A stretch of 64,000 nucleotides of DNA from Tubulanus polymorphus. Taxonomy: Eukaryota > Animalia > Nemertea. Positions 46,940 to 59,281 of this stretch are shown here, in pieces. The notes beneath the pieces are model-generated. The model had not been told where the DNA came from, did no database searches, and saw only the letters and a program-made list of their open reading frames with translations. Position 1 is the first letter of the stretch. Every line of letters starts with the position of its first letter. A program made the translations under genes and the position numbers. The stretch spans positions 8,537,122-8,601,121 of the forward strand of contig NC_134030.1 in NCBI RefSeq assembly GCF_964204645.1. Direction: 5' to 3'.

Positions 46940-47282
46940 ATCCTCCCTCGGCAAGGATTCGAACCTGATAGCATCGCTAGATTCAGTCACGTTACGAACG
47001 CCTGGTACACTAGTCCGAGTTCGCAAGTACATATGTAGCTTAGATGATGCCATTATTAGCCAATCAGATATCCCATTTTATTTTAGTCCGGGTTTTTTGA
47101 TTTATTGTTTTACCGTGAATTTTGCCTCATCGATTATACAAGAAGCAATGTTATTGGTGCCGCAAGTTTTTGTGCGGCAAACCTGCGCATGTACCTGCGC
47201 ACCCGGTCTAGTGTGGAAGCGTTTCGTGCCGTAGCTAAGTCTAGCGATGCCATAAGGTTCGAATCCCTGCCGAGAGAAGATG
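46940..47282. mobile_element. Two tRNA-like SINE-type repeats in divergent inverted orientation
   Basis: 46940-47100 (-) and 47186-47282 (+) both contain CTAGTGT...TCTAGCGATGC.AT.AGGTTCGAATCC.TGCCGAG.GA.GATG. Confidence 0.7.
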
Positions 47283-50200
47283 TCAGGAAGCTGAACGCAT
47301 CCATTCGATACGCTCACTAATTGAATGTGGGTATACTCTTTATCACACAATGGTCAAAGTTGTCAAATGGTTTTGAATTGCCTCTTAAACTTCGTGAAAA
47401 TTATAGGTTGATAAAAGAGTATAGGTTAATATAGATAACCTAATACCGATAATGGATTTGGGCTCTTGGAAAAACTTTATTTACATCCATTACAGCAAAA
47501 TAATGATAAATATCCATATCAAATTACATTGGTCGTAATGGGTTAAGTACGAGACACTACGTCACGTGCGGTAGCTGTGAAGAGTATAGTATCAATCTAC
47601 TGTAGAATCAACCAAAACACATAATTCTAATTTGAAAAAAAAATTGTTGCATGGCCTTCCTTCCATTTCATCGCTTGTTAGCAAATAATGGCCGAAACAT
47701 CAGCCTCGCCTTTCGATTGACTCTAACCAATAGTCGAGAATTTCTCTAATATATCAACGTGTATTACCATAAGTGAATAGTTCTGGTCTTACCGAATGCA
47801 GACGAGCAGCATCGCGATCAAGGTCATTTTTGGTACAGAATTAGTATCATTTTGCCCGTACGGTGACAAAAGTGAAAACGCGAAGGTAAATAACAATTTC
47901 CGTATGATTGAATCAGTCTCTGAAAGATGAAAAATGGTCGGATTTCCATTTGCGTTAGCACAAACCCCACTGTTTTTACCGATCGAATTTAGAAAGAAGC
48001 ATCTACCGTTTGTCGAAAACTCAACTCGAATGTGTCGCAGAAGTACATGCAATCCGTTAAATTTCTTCATATAAAAATCACAGATGAAAATCAATTTTGT
48101 ACGAAGATAATAGTTTGTCGAATAATGAGAAAAGCGTGCCATTGGAAAGATAGCAGTAACTACATCGTGACTTGCACTTTTTGTTGGTATATACGTTGTT
48201 TTACAGATTGAGAAGAGTTAGAACAGAAACCTAAGTGATTGGATATGGAAAAATGTTTTGTGTTATGAACACCGTCTTCAGCGCGCGTGATATACAATAT
48301 ATTATTTCAACGCCACGCACAATCCAGCCGGTCTTAATTGAGCTTCATAAACGATTTAGTTTATTCCTCCTGAAGAGAAAGATACGGCGCTAATTATCTA
48401 TGAAGTCGGCTTTCAATTCAGAGGAGGTTGTGGATTTCAGTGGATAAATCGAAACTTAAGAAATATCAATGAGAAATGTTATTCAACTGCGCCATGTCCC
48501 CTTCCTGGACAGGATACGTACTACGTATAACTAACCCGAGCAAAAAATGTGGCATTACTAATAATTGTTTCTCAGATAATCGGCCTCGGAGTATTTGGCT
48601 CGTTTGTGTCTGGTTGCATCCAACATTCAATAGTACGATTTCATCCGTGTGTACGATAACAGCTGTCGCAGATTACCAGACTTCGTCCATAGGTATAATC
48701 ACTTGCCAGAGGCGGGAACGAAAACGCGGCCGAGTCTGCGGCGTAGTCTGGGCTATATTCGTATACACCCGTCCGCCGAAATACGATAGATTTATCAAAT
48801 CCGAGATTAATGTCGATAATCGGATAAGCAGTGTTTTCCCGGGCTATTGGAGATTACATCAATTTACCAGCATCAGAATTCCGTCGGTAGACTAGAAAAT
48901 GTGCTCACCAGTAAATTTGCCCGTGTATAGGTCGGCCTTATGCTTACCAGGGACTCGTTATGTGACGCGATCCTCTGGCGACCGCCAGCGACGATCACTT
49001 CACTAAGACCCGTCATCGCCCGCATGACTGCCAGCGATGCCCTATTGCAACGAGTCGCTCATATCTATTTTCTGGGAACCGATCGTCTCTCCCGGACATA
49101 ACCGCCATAATGCCGCTCGATATTGAAACTGAAAACACAGTCGCCAGTTTGTGACCATCGTGTCACCGTTGCAAGCAGTGGCAAGTCACCTGAGCCCGCC
49201 TTAAATCGAGGTCACAAGGTTCCTTAGCATCCACGATTCCTCGTAGCACAGACGATACGATTTTACACATGAAAATTGCTGCTCGCATAGATTTTATCGT
49301 TTTTTTTTTAAATATGTAACATCTAAGATGATTTACCCGAATGAGTGCCGTGCGTGGTTGTTTGTAATTTATTGCACTGTCCGTAACAGCGGTATTTCAT
49401 TAGCTATCGGGCATTTCACGCAATTCTTGTCGAAGAAAAAGAAACTGGAAGACATCAACGATCAGGATTTCCGCCAATATTGAATGAAAAGTCACCTGAA
49501 TGGAAACTGTACGCCAATCCATTAGGCGTTAGGCGAGAGGAGTCTGTTATTCTAGACCCGGAAGTTAACGGTAGTTGATTACTGAGGGACTAATAGCCCC
49601 CCACGATAATATCAAGCAATCGATCACGTCATCATCAGTACTATTATGGTCAACGTAATCGCCCTACTCGCCACACGCAGTTGGCCTAAGTCGCAGCTGC
49701 ATCTTGTCACCTATAAAAGATTTCTTAATATATCACACTTCTTTTATTCGTGTTTTCGTCGTACCTTTGAGGCCGATTATTTTCTTAATTTGCTGATGAC
49801 TTTTTCCTTATTTTTCCGTTTACGACAACGGCATTGGCGTTCATTTTACCTTCCTGATCGAAGCTACGAATCGAACAATTTCAGTGAACCGCATTGGGAG
49901 GCTGAATATGATTTCCAGTTCGTACAAAGAGGTTAAAAGTGAGCCGAATACAAGATACATATACATGTTAACTGATGAACATATGAATAACTACGCAGGC
50001 TTGACACTCTATTAGGAAATTTCCAAATTCCATATGGCACTATAAACTTACGAATTCATTCGCTGTGGCCGCGGATCTATGGTAAGATGTATGTTTTTTA
50101 AGTCGGAGGAAATTGATATGGAACTGATTGTCTTCTAAATCTTATCAACTTTTTAACCCGTCTGGGATATCTCGCTTATTTTCAGACACCACTCAGTAGA

Positions 50201-50875
50201 CATACGCCGATTGTATGGTTACTATTATTTGTTTCTTTTGACGAAAAAAGGCATTTTCTATCGAAGCTCAAGCGGGTTTTTCTTCACAGTGTAGGCCTGA
50301 CTGGTTGCTCCATCTCGCTTATGGTGTGATGTTACCACGAACGATATGAATGAGTTCTCGGGTTGATTTCAGTCGGTAAAAATTAAGTTCTATCAATAAA
50401 TAAGTATCGTAATACTAGATGTAATAGGAATCCAAAATGAAATTGCTCTAAGCTTTGACGCACGTTATTCATAGGGGAGTGGATCAGGACCGACAATAGA
50501 TAGTAATGAATGAATGATTTGAAATTCCGACTTACCGAAAAAACCATGTACCAAAAATGCACAGATGCCAGTCCTTCACCGGCACTAAAATCGAAATAAT
50601 CTATAGACAAATGCCAACCAGAATTGTGTTTAATGTGGGAACTCTTTGAGTTAACAGCATACGAATATGAATTATGTAAGGCGGACGTCATCGGCTTACT
50701 CTAGAATCGAGAAAATGTTGACCACCAGATTGTGTTTCCCCCAATAATTCAGTTAGTTCTTTCATTCTTACATTTGTGCACATCCCCCCCCCCAACATTT
50801 CTTTCGTCGATAATGATTCATAAGCTCGGTAAACGCCGCCTCGGGACGTGTGTAGCTCAGGACCGCGTAGGAAAA

Positions 50876-52000
50876 CATCCTCGCTTGCCAGGTTTGATTG
50901 CTCAAACCGACACAAACCCTGGCCGCAAACCTTTCATTGGTCCATTTACGGGATTGAATATCTCGGGATCATGTTGTTTCGTCAATCAGAATGAAAGAAA
51001 TTTTCATTTTCGCTGCTTTCAAATGGCGGATTTTTCAACTGAGAACCTCTGCCGACCAAGTTTAAATTTATTACACCGAAAGCATATAAACAGGCTATAC
51101 CGTATACAGAAATTAAAGAAAAAAAACAAAAAGAAAAACAGCAAAAGAATTACAACATTTTTCAACAAGCACAATTATAAATTGAGAGAAAGAAATATAG
51201 CTTTCTGTGTTGGCCAAGCAAAGCCTTAAGGCCGCTGTCGCAAACATCAAGTAAAAAAGGAAAGGAAAACAAGGAACCAGTGTGGAAAGGAAATGAGAAT
51301 TGATAAATCTTTATCAGTAGGACGATGGTGTCACTGAATATGCCATGCAGTTTCTAGCACATAACAAGTAGAGTCTGTTTCTAAAGAACATTTTGGAGAA
51401 CCGCTCTAAAAGGCGAACACTTTTCTTGCAAATGATTTGTCAGGTTTGTGTGAAGACATAGTGACTGCGATTTCGAAGAGTGAGAGCAATGAGTTCGGCT
51501 TGGTGACATTGCCGATAGGCAGTAGTGAAACTACAGATAAGCAATATTTGAAAGGAATATCTTACAAAATTCAAATGTAGGAGGAAATCGCCGAACAAAG
51601 TGCTTATATTTCTGTTATGAGACTGGAGAGACGGTAGAAGAGGTCTGACGATATCTGTATGAAATAGGAACCTCCAGTAGCAGCTAAAACGAATGATTTG
51701 GTGCATGATTCTGAATCATCTGAAATAGTCTATTACATTTACAAGATTTCTTGGACGGACAAGTTTACACTTCAAAGCGGCCACCAGTTCATGCTTTAAG
51801 CCAATCACCGGCAGATTTGCTACGCATCTAATTGGCTGTTTATATATACTGGTGACCGCTTAGCGGCAATTTGTCCGCCCGGGTAATCTCGGGCGATGTA
51901 ATAGACCAATGAAGAGTTTGCGACCACAGGGTTTGTGATCAACCCCAACAGTTGGGGCGAGCTTCGGCGGGAGGCAATCAAACCCTGGCAAGCGAGGATG
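50876..52000. mobile_element. Possible ~1.1-kb MITE bounded by CATCCTCGCTTGCCAGG inverted termini
   Basis: CATCCTCGCTTGCCAGGTTTGATTGC at 50876 and GCAATCAAACCCTGGCAAGCGAGGATG ending at 52000. Could instead be two separate fragments. Confidence 0.5.
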
Positions 52001-53410
52001 TAGGTAAAGGGAATGTAACGTATTCCTTTGTTTAAACTATACCTGGTTTTTTGCATCTGAGTTTAACTTAAGTATTGTAATAAGTATTTCTATGGCACGC
52101 GTATAATACAAAACGAATACACTATGAGGTCGCGCTCGATATCTCTTAAGTTTACGAAATGGTTTGAATTCCTACGTAACTTCTAACGTAACAGCGAGTC
52201 GGCAAAAAATCATAATCAAAATTTAAAGGCAGAATAACAAGCAATAATTGCCAATCGCCGGAGGCGACCATTCAATTATGAGGTATGCCTCGTCAGCAGC
52301 TGGGTGTTCACGACAAACATACACTTTTTTAGCATACGTACAGGTGATTACTTCCAGCAGAAAACACGCAGAAAATTACTTTTTCCGGATAACACGCGCC
52401 ATCGACAGATAGAAATACTACTTTCCATTAACCAAGATTAGTCTTGAAATAGTCTTAAACTGAAATATCAGATTTGCAGTTCTGAGCGCCAAATCCTTAT
52501 GACTTTTGGCGATGGGAAAATTAGATAAGATACGTATATGAACACTCAGGATGTGGGATTTTAAGAGAGATATTCGACGTGCATAAGTAGGGCAGGGATT
52601 GATTTGACGAGGAAGATTCTTTGGAAAGGCCTACCGGGCAGCGGTCAGCCAGTTTTCCGAAAATAATCATTCGTATTGTGCTCTCATCATGGTTTCTCAC
52701 AAGAAAGATAGATCTGCTTAAACGCTGTCACAGTCTCGTGATCATCAAGTAGTCATTTTACTGAACCGCTGCCTTTCAACTGCCGCCAATTTATCTAATG
52801 CGCTGTAAAGATTATAGGTCGATTCGATGTGGTGCCCTCTTTTAAACTGTATCGGCGAAATAAATTTGCTCTAACCTAAATTGTATTTCTGCGATTGTCT
52901 GATTTAATTAACGTTTGGGAATCCAATTTCATTCAATATTCAATAACGTTCACAGCTTTGGACTTGGGCTTTGAAGTTGGATTCTGTTGATCAGCCGCGT
53001 CAGCGGGAATGCGCTTCAGTCTGATTAGCCACACGGATAATTCATTTGGTTCTAGTCAATTATTAGAGCGGTCCTTGGTTCTTTCAAGGTTTTTTTACTG
53101 GAAATGGAAACCATAGAAACGTGCTTATAACGTTTTTGAACCGTGCATTATAAAAATGTACTCAGATTGGTGCATCATACACGACGTACGTATCGAAGCT
53201 AAAACTTAAGCATTCACTAAAACAACTATTTCTAAGAAATTCTGGATGATTTGAAAATTTCTCGCAGCGTGGTTGTGCCTTGTGTGAATAGACTATTTCA
53301 TCGCGACGGCGAAACTATATTCAATTATCTAAACGCACTTAAACTTACCTCCGCGCTCGTTTATGTGATCTGATTATCGAACGTGGCAGGCTTTATTTAT
53401 TAAACGACAA

Positions 53411-54626
53411 CGATACTAAATGGAGATGCAGATGAAAAGATATACCGACTCGATAAATGATGATAGGTTAAAAAATCTATCGTTAAATCCGGCGCTGAAT
53501 AGCCTTGAACTGCTCTTTTTAATATTAAGCTAAACTACTGTATATAATCATAATCCTGAAACTGCGATAACGCCCGCCGGAAAATATAATCATCTGATTT
53601 TCATTTATGAAAACATGAAAGGAAATTCGATACTAAATATAGTAAGGCTATCCGTGTAAAGCAATGAAATGTGAAAAATACGCGGTAAAGAAAAATCATA
53701 TCAATTTTCTTCGATATCACTGGCAATATTTTCGACTCTTTCTTGCCTGATAGGCATCAATATTAAAACAATTTTTACTGTTTGTAACACGCCTGGCGAT
53801 AATTCTCGGTATGTCAACTTATTTTGACATTTTCTAAGCTCCACTCTCAGCCTGATTCTGACAATTTAAGCCGGCGTTATTGTTCCGTTCGGTTTATATC
53901 TGTTATCTCTTTGGCAATACTTACACCGGAGGAATGGTGAGCAAATCTACGTAAATTTGAACTCAAGTCATCATCAGATTGTCTCGTTCATTATAGTTCG
54001 TCTCCAGCGCGGGTCCCTTTTTGCGTAGTGTGCAGAAAACGATATTAAATAGACGCAGACGAAAAGTTATACCGACTCGAAAAATTATGATAGGTAAAAA
54101 TCTATCTTTAAATCCGGCGCTGAATAGCCATGAACTACTGCCCTTAAATATTCAGCTAAACTACGGTATATAATTATAATCCTAAAACTGCGATAACGCC
54201 CGCCGGAAAATATAATCATCTGATTTTCATTGATGAAAACATGAAAGGAAATTCGATACTAAATATAGTAAGGCTATCCGTGTAAAGCAATGAAATGTGA
54301 AAAATACCCGGTAGAAAAAAATATAATGTCAATTTTCTTCGATATCACTGGCAATATTTTCGACTCCATCTTGCCTGATAGGCATGAATTAAAACCATTT
54401 TTGCTGTTTGTAACACGCCTGGCGGTAAATCTCGGTATGTCAACTTTTTTGACATTTTCTAAGCTCCACTCTCGGCCTGATTTTGACCATTCGGTTTATA
54501 TCCGTTATCTCATTGGCAATACTTATACCGGAGGAATGGTGAGCAAATCTACGTAAATTTGAACTTGAGTCTTCATCAGATTGTCTCGTTCATTATAGTT
54601 CGTCTCCAGCGCGGGTCCCATTTTTT
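53411..54626 (+). repeat. Tandem direct duplication of ~0.6 kb (53411-54022 and 54040-54626)
   Basis: Long near-identical blocks, e.g. AAACTGCGATAACGCCCGCCGGAAAATATAATCATCTGATTTTCATT and CATCAGATTGTCTCGTTCATTATAGTTCGTCTCCAGCGCGGGTCCC. Confidence 0.95.
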
Positions 54627-54703
54627 GTGATTCACCAAGAACAACGATTTCTGCATGGAAAACGAAACTTGTGTATTTCAAGATCCTTTTTATGAACACA
54701 AGT

Positions 54704-54821
54704 TGAAACAAGTATTTATTTCTTCCGGCGAATGAAAGTTGCTATTCAATAAATACATTTCAGTGAAACAAGTATTTCTTCCGGCGATTGAAAGTTTCTA
54801 ATCAATAAATACATTTCAGTG
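54704..54821 (+). repeat. Two-copy ~58-bp tandem repeat
   Basis: GAAACAAGTATT...TCTTCCGGCGA.TGAAAGTT.CTA.TCAATAAATACATTTCAGTG occurs twice. Confidence 0.85.
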
Positions 54822-55532
54822 TAAATGACAAATAAGAAAATGTCTTCCATACGCATTTCAAAATCAACTGAAAGCACTTCGTTAAAAATCATTAAATGTG
54901 TTTGCGATGTTAATCGATATACGTAAAAACATTTGCCAAAACCGAATAAGAATTTTAGATCAACAATATCATATTTACATTCGAAAGTTTTACTCCAATG
55001 GAATACGTAGATAAAAGTGATACGCTTAATGCAGTTGACTTTTAAAGATAAAGCGATTGAATTATTCCAATCGTCGTCGCGCGCGCAGATTTAATATGCA
55101 AATTAATATCGCTGTAGATTTCCGGCAGACTGCCACAGTCGATCATAGCCTCGCCATTAGACGGGTTCCTTCCTGTTTTATATTTGATAAATCAGCCTGA
55201 TTAACGACGATCCGTTTGTTAAATCAGGAACAAAGCCGACGATCGCATTGTCAAACCCTGTTATTTAAGAATCATTACGCCACTGAGAACTAGAAAATTC
55301 TTCAATTAAGGATTTTCCCATTTGATTTATTCAAAGACATTTTCGAGAAAGATAGATCTTGTCATACGAATCTTGGTCTAATTCTAGTTGATGAAGTACT
55401 GTTATTTTTCGGATATCTCCTCTGCGTGTAACCTTAAGTCCGGTTTAGATTTAGTGACGAGTGAGCATTTCTACATTCCGAAGGCGATAGCCTGTAAAGA
55501 ACAAGACGACTCAATGCATCCCAGAACAAACA

Positions 55533-55652
55533 ATGGATGGATGGATGGACGGACGTCCGGGCGGACAGACGTGCGGGCGGACAGACGTGCGGGCGGGCGG
55601 GCGTGCGGGCGGGCGGGCGGGCTGGCGGTCAGGCGGACGGACGGATGGATGG
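55533..55652. repeat. (GGAT/GGAC/GGGC)n tetranucleotide microsatellite
   Basis: Directly visible in the sequence. Confidence 0.9.
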
Positions 55653-58600
55653 AAGGAAAGAATAAGCAGAAACGTTACATTTACAACTATTTCATCATTA
55701 CAATGTTATACATATTGAATTTGTTCGTTTACTTAGACCTTCGTTATATCAACGGGAACCACTCATAGGGCTATATCTGAGCATCACATTTTCAAAATAT
55801 TCTTGGGTTTGGGCACGAGACCCCTTTCAGTTCCGGCCAAATTATAAAGAGCCCACCCGCATATTTCTCACGCTACGGGCCAGTCGTATGATATCTGCTC
55901 ATAGAAATCGAGCACGAATAAGATATTTCTGAGTGAAATTCGCTCGGGCCTCTTTAGTACGTCGTTCTCAGGATGAGACTGTTGATATAAACGTTGGTTT
56001 AATCTCTGAAAATGCTCTTTTCTAAACATTGATCGCAGACGTGTTGGCCGAACATTCAGCTTTTGTTGTTTTAATTTTCTCTCTATTTTCTCGGCGGTCT
56101 ACGTCGGATGTGCTTGATGATAGAAGCGATTGGTGAGGTCTCTGTCGGTGCCAGACATGTGGACTATTCTTATTGCAACCTCTTATTGCAACCCTGTGGC
56201 GGCAACAATATCATGACGTCATATCGATAAAAAATTTACCATTCTATTGTGAATGAGGAGTACAATGTACAATGTCAAGTTCTATATTCGAATTTTTTTT
56301 TCGTCCATATTATTACATCAACCAACCGTGATGTGTAATGAGGATTGTTGTACAGACTTATTTTATGATTTAAGGTCAGTTAAGAAATCCGCCCATCAAC
56401 TGGTGGGACCTGGCTCGAAGTGGCTAACTAATGGTTTTGTATTTTGAATGGAAATCTTGAGCGAGAATGGTCGTACAATTAAGCCATTACTGCAAATAAC
56501 ACCAATGTTTACCGTAAAATAAATAATTCATCTGATAATACATCGGAGAAACAAACTATTTCTCACAGAAATCGACAGTAACTTCGGGAAATCGTGCTTA
56601 AGTCGGTGACCGAATGTCCACTTGTTTTTACTTAATACTCAACTCCTTTAGATGTTCAGTGCTTTTCTGTGTATTTGCAGAAAACATTTTTATTGATATT
56701 CGAAAAGAAAAGTTGAATACTGTTCGGCTTGAAAAAAAATCATGTTCCGATAATAAGGATACTACAAGCGGTTTACTCAAATCGACTGTACTGTATATTG
56801 CCTGTCGTATCATATTTGTAAATGCCAACGCCTGAAATAAGTGGATCTTCTTAGAACTGGGTCGGAACGGCCGTCGGTTACCCCAGGGCAGTGAATCATA
56901 CCACACGACATTCTATTTATTGTAAGGCTTACAACCCCAATCTAAAGTACATGAAAATTACTCGAAGATAGAAAATCATCGATGGGTTAACGTTTTCCAA
57001 GTACCTTTCACTGTTTGGTAAGATTCTATTGCAAAAGAGCAACCGCTCCTTTAGTTGTAGTCGTTTTTCACGAAACGTGCATCGCCCACCAGCTGATTCT
57101 TTTCGATGATAAAAGTTTGCGGCGAATCATTATCGGCGATAATGTTTACGTAGTGAACCGGACCAGCATCAAGGTTTTGACGACAAAAAGTATTTGTGCA
57201 TGGTTTTTATCGGTGTTCCGCTCGATTCGATCAAAGCTTCACGTCAACGTCTAGCCTTCTAATTCAGCCAACGACAAGGTTCGATTAGGCCTGGTTACTT
57301 ATAAAATTCTCAATGCATTGACAAAAAGATGCGAAAGAATGAAATTGTAAAACGTATTTCACTAATGGGGACAGGTTCACTTAATGCTTAAAAATGCATA
57401 AAAGTGATTCAATAAACTGTGTGCTTATTGTAAACCTGAAATAAAACAATGGCAAAAATTACGAAATATATTCACTTCATACCTCAACCAATGGACTCTT
57501 CGTTCCATGCTCAAAATGAGCCCTTAATAGGAACACAACCTAAGTTCTAAGCAGGCATCTGTTCTGGAGCCAAAGAAATGAAGACATAATATTCTTGCCT
57601 CAGGTCTGGGCTATGGGACTAGCCCCGTCTAAAAGCAGGCGACTATCTTTTTGTGATCGCAGTCGCCGCTGATGAGTCGATTGTGACCGAGGACAAATAG
57701 GCGACAAACAAGTTATATTTGTGCGTGTTATTTGTCGTGTTAACGATAAGTCGGTCGATGTTAACTTACCTGTTATTCATCGTTAGACAACTTGATTACC
57801 AATGTATGATTATTGCACGGGCTTCGATGTATCTCGTGACGATGAACACCAGCTTTTAATTAAGTACGCTAAGTGGAGTCGAGTGCTCTGCAAATGTGAC
57901 AACCGTTACAAAGCCGGACGACGAGCGAGCGAGCAAGCAACGTGAGCAAGACCTTTCGTTGGCCGACGATGGTTTGTTACAATAGCTACAAAACGGGCAA
58001 CCGTTTTCTTAAGAAATAGGTACCCACACATTACTGCCAACTCATTTTCACGACGAATAGTCATGATCTCTTAAACTGTAAAGGAAACTGGTTGTGAAAC
58101 TGAAATACTGAAATATGAATGGCGTCGCTTCAATTCTTCGCTTTCGTACTAAAACGGAATCCCCGATGAATGAAACACACCTAATACTTTGTCGAACGCG
58201 ATGTCATAACTACAGAAAAACGATACTGACGTCTACTCAACTTCAAGTGAACGTGCCAGATAGTACAGGCCTTTGTCTTCGACGCCTATACACAGAATGA
58301 GAACTTCGATTATCTCAGTTTGTTTCGTAAAAACCAATTTTCTCCAAAACGCCAAGGAAACACGGCTTATGAAATTTCGCATGCTTTTCTATTCACCAAG
58401 AATCTTAGTGTCTGATGTACCACAGTTGGTTACACTAGGATCGTTAGAGCGACGGAGATCACTGGTGGAGACAACCACTGCCAGTGCTGGGTGAAGCTTT
58501 TCTATAGCAATACTCACATAATGTCTCTCTGTGACTTTTTCAAACCAATCTTTTAAGAGATCAAACCGCAATTCATGTGTTATATATTCTTTATCGACTC

Positions 58601-59164
58601 GAAAACCGAGGCAATCACTCAAGCGACGCCATCAAGTTCGACTGCATGCTAATTAAGGCCATAACGTTTGATGAGGACACGATCTTTTCATTTCATTTTC
58701 ATAAAATCGTTTTCATTGCAATACAACTACTGCGACGAAAAGTACATTTGTTTGGTCAAACCCCCCACTATTATATGCGCATGTAATAAACACTTTACAG
58801 ATACATATGGACATGATTATCGAACAGCGTGGGAATTGCCCGCATGTAAAAAACCTCACAAAAAGCCACGTTGTCATACGTGCAAATTCCTGTGTTACCT
58901 ATGAGCCGTGCTTGGATACTGTGAAATGTTATTGGCTGTTTATCACTTACGGCATGTGTGATGTCATAGCGGGCGTGGTAAACACCAGCCGGCGTTTTCC
59001 AACTTATAGCCGCTTGTGAATGAAAATGATTTGAATTTTTCGTTCCTAACGTAACAAACCTTCCTATACACATTACACACAACACGTATCCGGTAGGAAT
59101 GATTTCAAAGGTGTACGTATGCTCTTCAAAACATCTTTAAATCTTGGTCAAAGTTGAGTATATT

Positions 59165-59281
59165 TCTGTACTCCGTTTACCGATTTCAAAATCAAACCCC
59201 CTGTTTCGACCCCGGCAGGTGGTTTGTAAGGGACACCGAAACAAATCGAACGAAATCTAACAATCAGATAATAACAGGGTC
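59165..59281 (+). repeat. Interspersed repeat family, copy 2
   Basis: Homologous to 40808-40915 and 63555-63707. Confidence 0.65.

Noticed and set aside
47200-47282. Possible genuine tRNA gene (GGTTCGAATCCC)
   Set aside because: No convincing cloverleaf or acceptor stem, and divergent copies exist elsewhere. Treated as a repeat.
57662-57706. Hammerhead-like CTGATGAGTC...GAC
   Set aside because: Lacks the GAAA core after stem II.
57770-57887. Minus-strand exon-like segment with good AG and GTAAGT ends
   Set aside because: Stops in the frames examined and no partner exons. A lncRNA exon cannot be supported from sequence alone.
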